NCBI RefSeq assembly: GCF_900232105.1
Contig: NZ_LT934425.1
Location: 3,450,001 to 3,482,000, forward strand
Source of the DNA: Candidatus Kuenenia stuttgartensis
GTDB lineage: Bacteria > Planctomycetota > Brocadiia > Brocadiales > Brocadiaceae
Direction: 5' to 3'
Length of the DNA: 32,000 nucleotides
The notes under the pieces were generated by a model. The model was not told the origin of the DNA. It saw only the letters and a program-made list of their open reading frames with translations, and searched no databases. Of the stretch, positions 9,314 to 18,416 are shown in pieces. The translations under genes and the position numbers were made by a program. Position 1 is the stretch's first letter, and every line of letters begins with the position of its first letter.

Positions 9314-10597
9314 TTAGCCATCTGATACTTTTGATAAAATTATCCCTAACACCATGCAAAGGTGGTCGATGTCGTTTTGTGTAATCACCAGAGGTGGTTG
9401 GAATGTGAGTACATTTCTTGATATACCTGTCCTGCCCGCAAGGATCCCCAGATCCTTTAACTGTTCCAAAATATTATCTGTTTCGTCAAACGCCGGGATT
9501 TTATCCTCTTTTACCAGCTCCACGCCCAGCATAAGGCCCATCCCTCTGACGTCGCCGATAATGCGGTATTTTTGCTGCAAATCGTTCAATGCGTTTTTAA
9601 AATAATCGCCCAGTTCTTTTGCCTTCTCAACAAGACGATAATTCTCAATGACGTCAATTGTGGCAAGTGCGGCGGTTGCTGATACGGGATTTCCCCCGGT
9701 TGTTGAAGCCCCGGGCCTGGTATATGCCGACGCAACAGCGTCATTGGTAATAAAAGCGCCCAGGGGTGTTCCGTTCGCCAATGCCTTTGCCATACACATA
9801 ATATCAGGCACAACGTCCCAATGTTCAATGGCAAACATTTTTCCGGTACGGCCAAAACCCGTCTGCACTTCATCTGTTATCAGGAGTACCTTATATTTAT
9901 TGAGAATCTCCCTTATGAGTTGAAAATACTCTGGAGGCGGTGTAATAATTCCCCCGTTTCCCTGTATAGGTTCAATTATTAAGGCGGCAAAATCTCCATC
10001 CCGTACAACATCCTCAAGACGTCTGGCGCACTTTAAATCGCAATTGGGATAGGTAAGGCCGTAGGCGCAGCGGTAACAGTATGCAGCGGGGATGTGTGTC
10101 ACATTACCGGATGGATACGGATCTGTCCTCCACATGGGAATGCCGGTAAGGTTCATCGTCAGCTTTGTACGTCCGTGAAGACCCTGCTCAATAGCGACAA
10201 ATTTGCTCTTTTTCGTAAATAACTGTGAGATAAGCGCAGCGCCTTCATTTGCCTCTGACCCGCTTGCGCAGAAAAACGACCGCTTTAGATTTCCCGGGGT
10301 AATCTCCGATAACTTCTCCGCAAGGTCTGCAATGGGTTGTGTCAGGTATATTGTCGTAGTATGTTGCAGCGTGTTTACCTGTGCACATATTTTTTCAACA
10401 ATTTCAGGATTGCAATGCCCCGCATTCATCACCGAGACGCCGCCATAAAGATCCAGATATTTTTTCCCTTTATGGTCATAAAGATATTGCATCTCTCCCC
10501 GGACGATCTGCATCGGCTTTTTATAAAAATGATAGACACAAGGAATAAGATATTCCTGTTTCTTTTGAAGAATGGCTTCAGGTCCTATGTAGTTCAC
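9314..10597 (-). CDS. Class III PLP-dependent aminotransferase (ornithine/4-aminobutyrate/AGXT2-like)
   Basis: 427 aa, GTG start; FFCASGSEANEGA, LLITDEVQTGFGRTGKMFAIEH, PDIMCMAKALANGTPLGA, GASTTGGNPVSATAALA. Confidence 0.92.
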   Translation of the reverse strand: MNYIGPEAILQKKQEYLIPCVYHFYKKPMQIVRGEMQYLYDHKGKKYLDLYGGVSVMNAGHCNPEIVEKICAQVNTLQHTTTIYLTQPIADLAEKLSEITPGNLKRSFFCASGSEANEGAALISQLFTKKSKFVAIEQGLHGRTKLTMNLTGIPMWRTDPYPSGNVTHIPAAYCYRCAYGLTYPNCDLKCARRLEDVVRDGDFAALIIEPIQGNGGIITPPPEYFQLIREILNKYKVLLITDEVQTGFGRTGKMFAIEHWDVVPDIMCMAKALANGTPLGAFITNDAVASAYTRPGASTTGGNPVSATAALATIDVIENYRLVEKAKELGDYFKNALNDLQQKYRIIGDVRGMGLMLGVELVKEDKIPAFDETDNILEQLKDLGILAGRTGISRNVLTFQPPLVITQNDIDHLCMVLGIILSKVSDG

Positions 10598-10656
10598 CGT
10601 TGTATGCCTCCGATTACTATTGAAATAATGTACGTGCGCGATTTAATTTGAAATTA

Positions 10657-10726
10657 CTAAGCTGGCATAGCAAGAGATGGACAAGCGAGAGAACAATCCT
10701 CAGTCCTCGATCGGCAATTTGCCGAC
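10657..10726 (+). repeat. Direct repeat flanking the U32 gene, copy 1 (ends in short heptamer array)
   Basis: CTAAGCTGGCATAGCAAGAGATGGACAAGCGAGAGAACAATCCTCAGTCCTCGATCGGCAATTTGCCGAC; related to 12770-12887. Confidence 0.8.
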
Positions 10727-10744
10727 TGCATTAAGAACACCTCG

Positions 10745-12760
10745 CTATTTTATACTTCTCATTACCGCTGCAGTACTCCGGGAATGGGTTATGTCTTGTA
10801 CATATCCACCCAAATTAAACCCCCTCGGACTTTCTTTTGCCAGCATGTCCCAATCGCCTTCTTGTATTGGCAATGAAAGGCCGGAATATTCATTTGCAAT
10901 ATTTAAATACTTTCGATACAAGCCAACAAGGGTTTTTATGAAAGCCTCTTCATAATATTGCGCTTCGATCCTCAATACCTTTACGCCTGTTTGTACAAAT
11001 GCGCCAAGATACGGCAACACGCAAATATCCCTGGCGAGTAAAATGTGATTACGGCAGTATTGATCCGTTTCGATAGGGCGTATTTCACCTCTTTCATCTC
11101 TCAGCGCGTATCCCATGTATTGGCAGACCTGCCTGCAGTGATCTTTTTTATGTGACCTCGATGTAATCATGGCAGGGATACAATGTTCAAGAATCATGCC
11201 GGTAACAGGGCCATGGGCAACGCATTCAACGGGGACTGCTGCATTTTGTACCAATTGTTTCAGCGTTGAATAAGAACACTCCAGTGAAGCGGTGACGCCG
11301 CAAATCCCTCTTTTTTCTAAAAAGCGCAATGCGGTGGAGTTGAGTATGTTTAATGAATAATCCGCAATAGGTTTTAATCCATATTCTTTTGCCAATCTTG
11401 CGGTTCCAAGATTGTGAACAAGGACACCATCCACTTTCAGTGAAACGGCTTGCTCATACAGCCATCGAACGTCGTTCATTTCTATTGCGGTTGTTATGCG
11501 CGGAGTACCGAATCTTATTATTTTCCCTGCGTCTTTTGTCCTGTCACATGCTTCTTTCCGCAGTAGCTTTGTCCATACCTGTTTTCTAAACTGTGAGCCT
11601 TCCGCATTTACGATAATCTGGTCAGCGCCTTCATCCAACGCTGCAATCAAAGCGCTTATTGACCCTACGTTTACCGATAACTGAGGAATAACGGTTATTT
11701 CATGCTCCATAGAATAGTGTTCTGCCGTTTCGAAAGGATTATCATAGATATCTTCTTTTGCAAGCGACCTTTCTTTTGCCGCACGGCTTAAAAAAAGAGG
11801 TTCACGTTCCCCGGAAATATCAACAAGAGAAGCGGAGGATGGCGTAAAGGACATTGCCGTTGTAAAATCCCGTACACGGCTCTGATAAAGCTGCTCGTAT
11901 GATGAAGAATTCATGGCGTAGGACATTGGGTCATCCCTGTAAGTATCAATGGCGTGACGATAGATACCTACGATTTCTCTTAAATAATCTGCATGTCTCA
12001 TCCTCCCCTCGATCTTAAACGAGCATACACCGGCATGGATAAGGTCAGGGATGTGTTTCAGCAAACACATGTCTTTTATTGCAAGCAGATAACCGGAGGG
12101 CAAATTGCCTATTGTTTGTCCCGAATTACTTTCCACGAGCGTATAATGCCATCTGCATGGTTTCATACATTCGCCGCGATTCGCACTTTTGCCAAAAAGC
12201 ACTCCGCTGGAATAGCATTGTCCGCTATGGCAAATGCAAAGGTCGCCATGAATGAAGTACTCAACCTCGATGTCCGCCTTTTCATGGATTTCCTTTACAA
12301 GGGAAAGAGGGATATCCCTGGACGTAACAATACGTTTGACTCCCTGTTCCTTCAGCGTCAAGGCAGATTCAACATTATGAATGTTCATCATTGTGCTGAT
12401 GTGAATTGGTATCGAAACATCCATGTTTTGTATTGCATGAAGCACTCCCAAATCCTGGACTATTATTGCGTCAATGTGTATTTCCTGTAAAAATGCAAGG
12501 TAATTGGCGAGCGTTGCAAACTCTTCATTGCCGAGAAGGTTATTAACAGTAATATAGAGTTTTACATTTCTTGAGTGTGCGTATGTGACTGCCTCGGCAA
12601 TTTGTTCGTCGGTAAAATTAAAATCAGACCTGTGCAGTCTCATATTAAATCTCTTGCCGCCAATATAGACGGCATCCGCTCCCGATTCTATTACTGTGGT
12701 AAAAGCGTCCCATCGCCCGGCAGGCGCAAGCAGTTCAACGGTATTATTTATTTGTTTCAT
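10745..12760 (-). CDS. Peptidase U32 family protein (RlhA/YdcP-like)
   Basis: 671 aa; VELLAPAGRWDAFTTVIESGADAVYIGG, YVTVNNLL-like segment (LYITVNNLL), EVEYFIHGDLCICHSGQCYSSGVLFGKSANRGECMKPCRWHYTL, FKIEGRMRHADY. ATG at 12760. Confidence 0.92.
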   Translation of the reverse strand: MKQINNTVELLAPAGRWDAFTTVIESGADAVYIGGKRFNMRLHRSDFNFTDEQIAEAVTYAHSRNVKLYITVNNLLGNEEFATLANYLAFLQEIHIDAIIVQDLGVLHAIQNMDVSIPIHISTMMNIHNVESALTLKEQGVKRIVTSRDIPLSLVKEIHEKADIEVEYFIHGDLCICHSGQCYSSGVLFGKSANRGECMKPCRWHYTLVESNSGQTIGNLPSGYLLAIKDMCLLKHIPDLIHAGVCSFKIEGRMRHADYLREIVGIYRHAIDTYRDDPMSYAMNSSSYEQLYQSRVRDFTTAMSFTPSSASLVDISGEREPLFLSRAAKERSLAKEDIYDNPFETAEHYSMEHEITVIPQLSVNVGSISALIAALDEGADQIIVNAEGSQFRKQVWTKLLRKEACDRTKDAGKIIRFGTPRITTAIEMNDVRWLYEQAVSLKVDGVLVHNLGTARLAKEYGLKPIADYSLNILNSTALRFLEKRGICGVTASLECSYSTLKQLVQNAAVPVECVAHGPVTGMILEHCIPAMITSRSHKKDHCRQVCQYMGYALRDERGEIRPIETDQYCRNHILLARDICVLPYLGAFVQTGVKVLRIEAQYYEEAFIKTLVGLYRKYLNIANEYSGLSLPIQEGDWDMLAKESPRGFNLGGYVQDITHSRSTAAVMRSIK

Positions 12761-12769
12761 ACTATCCCC

Positions 12770-12887
12770 CTAAGCTGGCATAGCCAGAAATAAACAAGCG
12801 AGAAAACGGTCCTCAGTCTTCAGTTCTCAATCCTCAATCCTCAGTCCTCAATCGGCAATTTGCCGATTGCCGATTGCCGACTGCCGA
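12770..12887 (+). repeat. Direct repeat flanking the U32 gene, copy 2, with expanded heptamer array
   Basis: CTAAGCTGGCATAGCCAGAAATAAACAAGCGAGAAAACGG, then TCCTCAG TCTTCAG TTCTCAA TCCTCAA TCCTCAG TCCTCAA TCGGCAA TT TGCCGAT TGCCGAT TGCCGAC TGCCGAC. Confidence 0.85.
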
Positions 12888-12957
12888 CGGTAGATTTTAG
12901 ATTGCCGACGGCATAAGAGACCATTAAATATTTCGCCAAAAAAATGCTAAGAAAAAA

Positions 12958-13239
12958 CGTAACTATTCAGCGTAAACGATACACGGCTCGTTCCCAAACT
13001 CCAGTTTGGGAATGCATTTGTTCGAGAAACTCCGGTTTCTCGCCTGTTTGCTGATAGATAGGGAATAAAATTACAGGGTTAAGACAGTTTGTAATTTGTC
13101 AAGTCAGACCCTCACTGGAAACAAAGTTTCCAGTGCAATTGCGTTCCCAAACAGATACTTCACTATGTTCAGTACAAGGTTTGGGAACAAGTTGCGCTCT
13201 GATCTCCGGTAGTTTAATAAATTACGCTGAATAGTTACG
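12958..13239. mobile_element. MITE-like element, 282 bp, non-coding
   Basis: 18-bp perfect terminal inverted repeats CGTAACTATTCAGCGTAA (12958-12975) and TTACGCTGAATAGTTACG (13222-13239); no ORF; internal inverted repeats (CCCAAACTCCAGTTTGGG, CACTGGAAACAAAGTTTCCAGTG). Confidence 0.75.
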
Positions 13240-13275
13240 AAATTACTGATAAGGCACTAATGAACTATCTCTTTG

Positions 13276-14538
13276 TTAATAAACCCCAATTTTGGCATTT
13301 GATGCAAGACCGGGTAATAGTGTTGGATTTTTAATGCCGTCCTGGAAAATGCCGAGCGATTTTGCCGTTTTTGTCGGTGCAATACGCACGGCTTCATCCC
13401 TTTCAAACATATTTGGTATAAAAAAAGATTCATCAAGTCTATGGCATACTATCTGTCCTTTTTCCCCATACTCAACAATGTGGTTAAGCCGGTTTTTATC
13501 CGGCCGGATACCGTCTTTTGTTGAAATGCACTGCACTACCATACGGGGGCCTGGTGGAAAATACTCCAAATCCCCGTTCATTGAAGCCTCAAGCTCCATG
13601 CACAAACCAAAAAGGGTATTTCCATACCCTGCAATATGCACCGCATTAGGGAAAAGATGCTCTCTGAAATTATTGTATTGTTCCGGTAGTATGGATACCC
13701 CGCCGTAATGAACGCCGCGTATCCGCATCCGTTGTTCCTGATTCATTTCTGCTGCCAGTCGTTCCAGTAAAGGGGGGGTTGTATAAAGAACTTCTATGTG
13801 CTGGCGCTGTAATATATCAAGCGTCTGTTCAATTATGTGGTTAATATATCGTTTGTATCCCAGTGACCCAGGGGCTAATTTTTTTAGCCAGCGGGGGTCA
13901 AGGTCTATGGAAAATGGATCCATACTCCCCATGCTGTTGGCAACAGGACCTACTGCCTTTCCTATAATATGAGGCCCCCCGGGCCCTGCCCACAGCCAGT
14001 TTGCCTTCTTGGGGAATCCTCTTTTTTCTGCGATATATCTGAACCAGTCCACAAATATTACCGCAAACTCTTCTTTTAGATATGCAGTCACTTTCGGCTG
14101 ACCAGTCGTTCCCGCAGTTTCCCCCAAAATAAACTGCGCCTTGTTTTTAAGATAAAGATGCGGAATGAAATACTCCAATGGAAAACGGCGAAGGTCATTT
14201 TCTTCCATAGGGCCAATCAACCGCAGGTCTTCAAATGATAAAATATCTTTTCTCGCGTCAATCCCTGCTTCTTTTTCCTTTTGAAGCCAGTACGGCGAAC
14301 CATTGTATGGATCGAAATGGAGAGAGACAATATATCGTACCCATGCATCTAAAGGCATCCCATACCATTTGGCGCTCTGGAGAGGTAAAAGAGCCGAATG
14401 CTGATTTGCGGCAACGCTTGCCTCCTCCTGTCCATTGTGAAAATCATATGGCACACTTTTCCGTTGTGAATTTCCCACCAGGTACGGAATCACGTTGTCA
14501 GTTGTTATCGTATTTTTTTTATCTTGTTCTAAAAACAT
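13276..14538 (-). CDS. Phenylacetate-CoA ligase/LuxE-like adenylate-forming protein
   Basis: 420 aa; FILGETAGTTGQPKVTAY (ANL P-loop), WAGPGGPHIIGKAVG, GVHYGGVSILPEQY, GYGNTLFGLCME. Confidence 0.75.
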   Translation of the reverse strand: MFLEQDKKNTITTDNVIPYLVGNSQRKSVPYDFHNGQEEASVAANQHSALLPLQSAKWYGMPLDAWVRYIVSLHFDPYNGSPYWLQKEKEAGIDARKDILSFEDLRLIGPMEENDLRRFPLEYFIPHLYLKNKAQFILGETAGTTGQPKVTAYLKEEFAVIFVDWFRYIAEKRGFPKKANWLWAGPGGPHIIGKAVGPVANSMGSMDPFSIDLDPRWLKKLAPGSLGYKRYINHIIEQTLDILQRQHIEVLYTTPPLLERLAAEMNQEQRMRIRGVHYGGVSILPEQYNNFREHLFPNAVHIAGYGNTLFGLCMELEASMNGDLEYFPPGPRMVVQCISTKDGIRPDKNRLNHIVEYGEKGQIVCHRLDESFFIPNMFERDEAVRIAPTKTAKSLGIFQDGIKNPTLLPGLASNAKIGVY

Positions 14539-14643
14539 AGTAGTTATTCACCAACTGAATATTAATTTTCAAACCATGCAACTCATGTTACGTAGTAAGA
14601 AATACGAAAGATGCACTTGTTTAGCATTTCAATTATTTTGTCA

Positions 14644-16923
14644 TTAGAATTTGTTTCGGATTTCACCAGTATTTGGTTTCAACAGCATCAGGCAGCTTGG
14701 CGATAGTAACAAATCTGATACCAGTGCGCTGAGCATTGTAATACCGGTAAGTACACCAAAATATTGTATCGGTTTAAAACTGGAAAAGGAGAATACCATA
14801 AACCCAAATGCGGCGGTTATTGAGGTAAAAACGGCAGCCCTTCCCACCCTGAACATCGTGCGGCAGACAGCTTCCTGATAATTGCCGTCAAGGGATAATT
14901 CTTTCCTGAATCGATAAAATATATGTATCGTGTCATCCACCGATATTCCCAGTGCAATGCTTGCTATCATAATGGTAGCTGCATCGAGTCTCATGCCGGC
15001 AAATCCCATCAGGCCAAGCGTCACCGTTATGGGAATCAGATTGGGAATAACACTGACAAGACCTAGCCTCACCGATTTCAGTACGATGGTTGTGGCAATA
15101 AACATAAGAATAAATGCCAGGGAAAACGAGTAAATCTCGCTTCGGAGAATATTGTCCTGTACATTGATCAAAAGCGGAACAATCCCCGTTACGTGCCATG
15201 ACAGTGAAGCCGTGTTTAAACGGGTATCTATGAATGCTTTTACTGATTCAATGATGGCTTGATATCTGTTTGAACCGACTTGTTTCATCCTTACGGAAAC
15301 CCTCGCGTCGGAATGTTCCTTAGTATAAAGGGTATCAACATAGGTATCGCCGTATAGGGAAGCAAGTTTTACGTAATCCGCAGAACGCTTTTCCGATGCA
15401 GGCAGTGTGTAATATTCTTTTTTATTATTATTGAGTATCTGGTGTGTTTTCATAATGTAGTCAGCGATAGAAATTGAATGTGTTATTTCAGGTATTCCGC
15501 GCAGATGTTTTTGCAGTGCAACAACAGCATTCAGGATATTTGGTTGAAATATACTTGTGCCGGCGGACGTTTCGGCAACAATCTCAACAGGTAGCAAACC
15601 CGTTAGATGTTTTTCAATATATTTATTGTCCCTTGCAATACTGCTCTTTTTCGGGAAAGAGGTCATAAGGTCTGATTCCAGCCTGAGTTTTGTAATACCG
15701 ATTACCGAAATAATGAAAACAGCAAAACCTGCTGAAAGAAGGATCGTTTTGTTCTTCACCGTAAACTGCCCTATTTTAAAGAACAAGGGTAGTGCATAGT
15801 CATTGCGGGAGGAGACATTCACACTGCGCTCCTTCTGCAGGGGAATAAAAGAAAGCAGTATTGGCACAAGCGTTATACTGACGACATACGAAAGAATCGC
15901 ACTGCCGCTCATAAATAAGCCGGTGGTAAATACGGGGGGAATGCTGCTCGTCATGAGTGACGCAAAACCAATGGCAGTGGTAATACTTGCCATAAGAACC
16001 GGAATGCTGACGTGCTGCAGTGTTTCGTAAATCCGCCTTTCGTGGTAATAGTAATTAATTAACCGGATAGAGGTTGAAAGTGAAATGATAAACGTCAGCG
16101 GGAGCAGCATGTTTGCTATCATATTCATTGTATGACCCATTAATACAAATATTCCTGTAATCCATGTAATGCAGACGCCTACCGTTACAACAGGGATTAC
16201 TACCCCTGAAACAGTACGAAACAAACATCCCAGCACAACAATGGATACGACAAACATCAGGGGAGTAAATTTCTCCATGTCTTTTTTTGACATACGGTCA
16301 AGTTCTGCATTTACCACCGACGGTCCCGCAAGATAATACGGGCGTTGTTTTTTTGTGGTAGCAGCAGATTTCACACCTGTTTCTTTAAGTACTTTTTTTA
16401 CATCAGCCACCAGTTTCTTTCGTGCTTCAGGGCCTGCGCATTTTACCGTTGCTACAATTGCCGTGGTTCTGCCGTTTTTGGAAATAATCGTATTCTGGTA
16501 AACAGGATCAGTGCGTACCTCCTGTTTAAAGACGTTCATTACCGAACGGCGCCCATATGTCTTCAGCTTTTCCTTAAAAAGCGGCGATGTGACCTTGCTT
16601 TTAAATACATCCGCCAGTGAGGCAACGGTGACGATACCATCGAGGTTTTTTATCTTTCCGGCAAGCGTACTGATCTGCTGCATATATTCCCGGCTAAAAA
16701 GATTGACCGCACTGAATGCAACCACCAGAAACTCTTCGTCCCCGAATTTCTTTAAAAACTCATTGTAGTACGCTAAATCTTTATCATCTTCTGAAAGCCA
16801 GATTTCTATGGAATTGTCCGTCTTCATCCCTTTGGCAAAGAAACCTAAAAAAGCGGTGATGATGAAAAAACACACCAAAATGGCTATTCTGTAAGAAAGA
16901 AGTATGTGAAGATATCTTTTCAC
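14644..16923 (-). CDS. MMPL/RND superfamily lipid or hydrophobe exporter
   Basis: 759 aa, GTG start; two transmembrane/large-loop repeats; LPLTFIISLSTSIRLINYYYHERR, SITTAIGFASLMTSSIPPV, IALGISVDDTIHIFYRFRKEL, AVFTSITAAFGFMVFSFSSFKPIQYFG. Confidence 0.88.
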   Translation of the reverse strand: MKRYLHILLSYRIAILVCFFIITAFLGFFAKGMKTDNSIEIWLSEDDKDLAYYNEFLKKFGDEEFLVVAFSAVNLFSREYMQQISTLAGKIKNLDGIVTVASLADVFKSKVTSPLFKEKLKTYGRRSVMNVFKQEVRTDPVYQNTIISKNGRTTAIVATVKCAGPEARKKLVADVKKVLKETGVKSAATTKKQRPYYLAGPSVVNAELDRMSKKDMEKFTPLMFVVSIVVLGCLFRTVSGVVIPVVTVGVCITWITGIFVLMGHTMNMIANMLLPLTFIISLSTSIRLINYYYHERRIYETLQHVSIPVLMASITTAIGFASLMTSSIPPVFTTGLFMSGSAILSYVVSITLVPILLSFIPLQKERSVNVSSRNDYALPLFFKIGQFTVKNKTILLSAGFAVFIISVIGITKLRLESDLMTSFPKKSSIARDNKYIEKHLTGLLPVEIVAETSAGTSIFQPNILNAVVALQKHLRGIPEITHSISIADYIMKTHQILNNNKKEYYTLPASEKRSADYVKLASLYGDTYVDTLYTKEHSDARVSVRMKQVGSNRYQAIIESVKAFIDTRLNTASLSWHVTGIVPLLINVQDNILRSEIYSFSLAFILMFIATTIVLKSVRLGLVSVIPNLIPITVTLGLMGFAGMRLDAATIMIASIALGISVDDTIHIFYRFRKELSLDGNYQEAVCRTMFRVGRAAVFTSITAAFGFMVFSFSSFKPIQYFGVLTGITMLSALVSDLLLSPSCLMLLKPNTGEIRNKF

Positions 16924-16935
16924 GGTATTTTAAAA

Positions 16936-17502
16936 TTAATGACAAAAATTACAGCTTTTCGAACTAATCTCCATCGTGTTGGCAACCAGTTTCCCATTTT
17001 TAACGGAAGCGTTTACATACACCTGTACCCCCGATACCATGTTATCAAATGAAATCTTTCTGGAACTCATAGTAACGCTGGAGAGACTGCTGGCGTCAAT
17101 TTCCTGTCCGAGGAGTTCAAAGGTTTTTTTTGACGTATTTACCTGCCTGGTTTCTCCGGAAAATTTTCCGTCATATTTTTTATTCAGTTTTACCGGTTCT
17201 TTCACCTTGCTTGCCTCAATAACACTTGAACTGCCTGCATCTCCCTTTACCTTCACTGTATCGCCCACTTTAAGGTCGGCAAGTGTCGGGTCATCAACTC
17301 CTTTTATACGTAGCTTTGCATCGATGCAATTTACCTCCACGAGATCATCCATCAACATGATTGTTTCATTCGTCTCGTCAAGACTGCTGATCTTCCCAAC
17401 CATCGCACCTTTTTTTGCCGCATAGAGAGGGAATGCAGCGGCTAGAGTAAACATGCCGGCAATTATGGTGTTGAGTGTGATACGTTTCATGTGCGTTAAC
17501 AT
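16936..17502 (-). CDS. Small exported beta-rich protein (DUF5666-like)
   Basis: ATG at 17502 behind AAAAGGAG; signal peptide MLTHMKRITLNTIIAGMFTLAAAFPLYAA; GAMVGKISSLDETNETIMLMD...LADLKVGDTVKVKG. Ends CNFCH. Confidence 0.75.
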   Translation of the reverse strand: MLTHMKRITLNTIIAGMFTLAAAFPLYAAKKGAMVGKISSLDETNETIMLMDDLVEVNCIDAKLRIKGVDDPTLADLKVGDTVKVKGDAGSSSVIEASKVKEPVKLNKKYDGKFSGETRQVNTSKKTFELLGQEIDASSLSSVTMSSRKISFDNMVSGVQVYVNASVKNGKLVANTMEISSKSCNFCH

Positions 17503-17952
17503 ACTTTTTTCTCCTTTTGTTAAAAATGTTTTTTTAATATTTGTTTTGCAGGTCAAATAGAACCAATACTTCGCGGGTTTAGGTTTGTAATCTGAACCAA
17601 ATGTTTTATACTTCCAATCCAGCTTTCTATTAGCAGAAAAATGACAAATAAATTCCAGATGCCAAACAGGGATTTTTACAGCGGTACATGGCCCCATTAT
17701 ACGCATAAACTCATAGGCTCAGGTTGCAAACCTGAACCTGCCTGGATTTTTGCAAAAGCAAAAATGTTCGTTCCCGAGTAGGGTGCATGCCTGATTTTTT
17801 GTGACTTCCGCCATGTTTTAATGAAACGTTGCCGTAGTGTTAACCCTGACAGGGTTGTGTCGTCCTGACCCCCATGAATAGCTACAAAAAATCGGGAATG
17901 TTCTCCACGAGTAGTGACAAAGCACGCCTTGCCGCTACAATACATAATTATT

Positions 17953-18045
17953 TGTAACACTTTAGTTATATGAAAAAAACGCTCGTTCCCAAGCTCCGGC
18001 TTGGGAACGAGCATTTTTGTTTTTTCAAAAAACTAAAGTGTTACA
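17953..18045. mobile_element. Compact copy of the TGTAACACTTTAG-TIR element (93 bp) with perfect internal hairpin
   Basis: TGTAACACTTTAGTTATATGAAAAAAAC ... TTTTTTCAAAAAACTAAAGTGTTACA; flanked by ATTATT on both sides (17947-17952 and 18046-18051). Confidence 0.75.
17981..18012. terminator. Hairpin with T-tract on both sides; candidate bidirectional terminator
   Basis: GCTCGTTCCCAAGC-TCCG-GCTTGGGAACGAGC (14-bp perfect stem, 4-nt loop), followed by ATTTTTGTTTTTT on + and GTTTTTTTCA on -. Confidence 0.6.
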
Positions 18046-18050
18046 ATTAT

Positions 18051-18416
18051 TTACATATACCCGACCAGTATATTCATCTTCAACGCTAACAGGATATCCC
18101 CTTTAATATCAGCTTTACCCTGAAAAAAAGCCTGTTGAGGGGTTATTTCCCTTTTCACTATGGAGAGGAACGTTGCGCTGTCCAAAAGGAAGACGCATGT
18201 CGGATTATCAATCGTTCTTTTTGTTACCTCTCTTACAAGCCCTTTTTCAATTACAACGTTCCACACCCCCTCACTATCATCAGTTATCTGAAATTGGATA
18301 ATGGCATTCAGGGTATCGATTTTGGGAAGGGGGGATTTGTTTACCCTGTCCATGAATAGTGACTCAAAATATTCCCTGTGCGTGAGTATTGCGGGTATTT
18401 CAGGCCTTTCGCTCAT
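18051..18416 (-). CDS. SCP2 sterol-binding-domain protein
   Basis: 121 aa; LNAIIQFQITDDSEGVWNVVIEKGLVREVTKRTIDNPTCVFLLDSATFLSIVKREITPQQAFFQGKADIKGDILLALKM. Confidence 0.85.
   Translation of the reverse strand: MSERPEIPAILTHREYFESLFMDRVNKSPLPKIDTLNAIIQFQITDDSEGVWNVVIEKGLVREVTKRTIDNPTCVFLLDSATFLSIVKREITPQQAFFQGKADIKGDILLALKMNILVGYM

Noticed and set aside
11993-12490. 165-aa + strand ORF
   Set aside because: Antisense inside the U32 peptidase gene; no recognisable domain.
12810-12887. CRISPR-like short repeats
   Set aside because: Contiguous 7-nt units with no spacers; a microsatellite-type array, not CRISPR.
16976-17425. 149-aa + strand ORF
   Set aside because: Antisense to the DUF5666-like gene; Ser/Thr/Pro-biased mirror translation.
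17697-18014. 105-aa - strand ORF
   Set aside because: Translated from repeat motifs (VPKPELGNE, TRGEHSRFFVAI are translations of the TTCCCAAGC hairpin and the CGGGAATG motif); not a gene.
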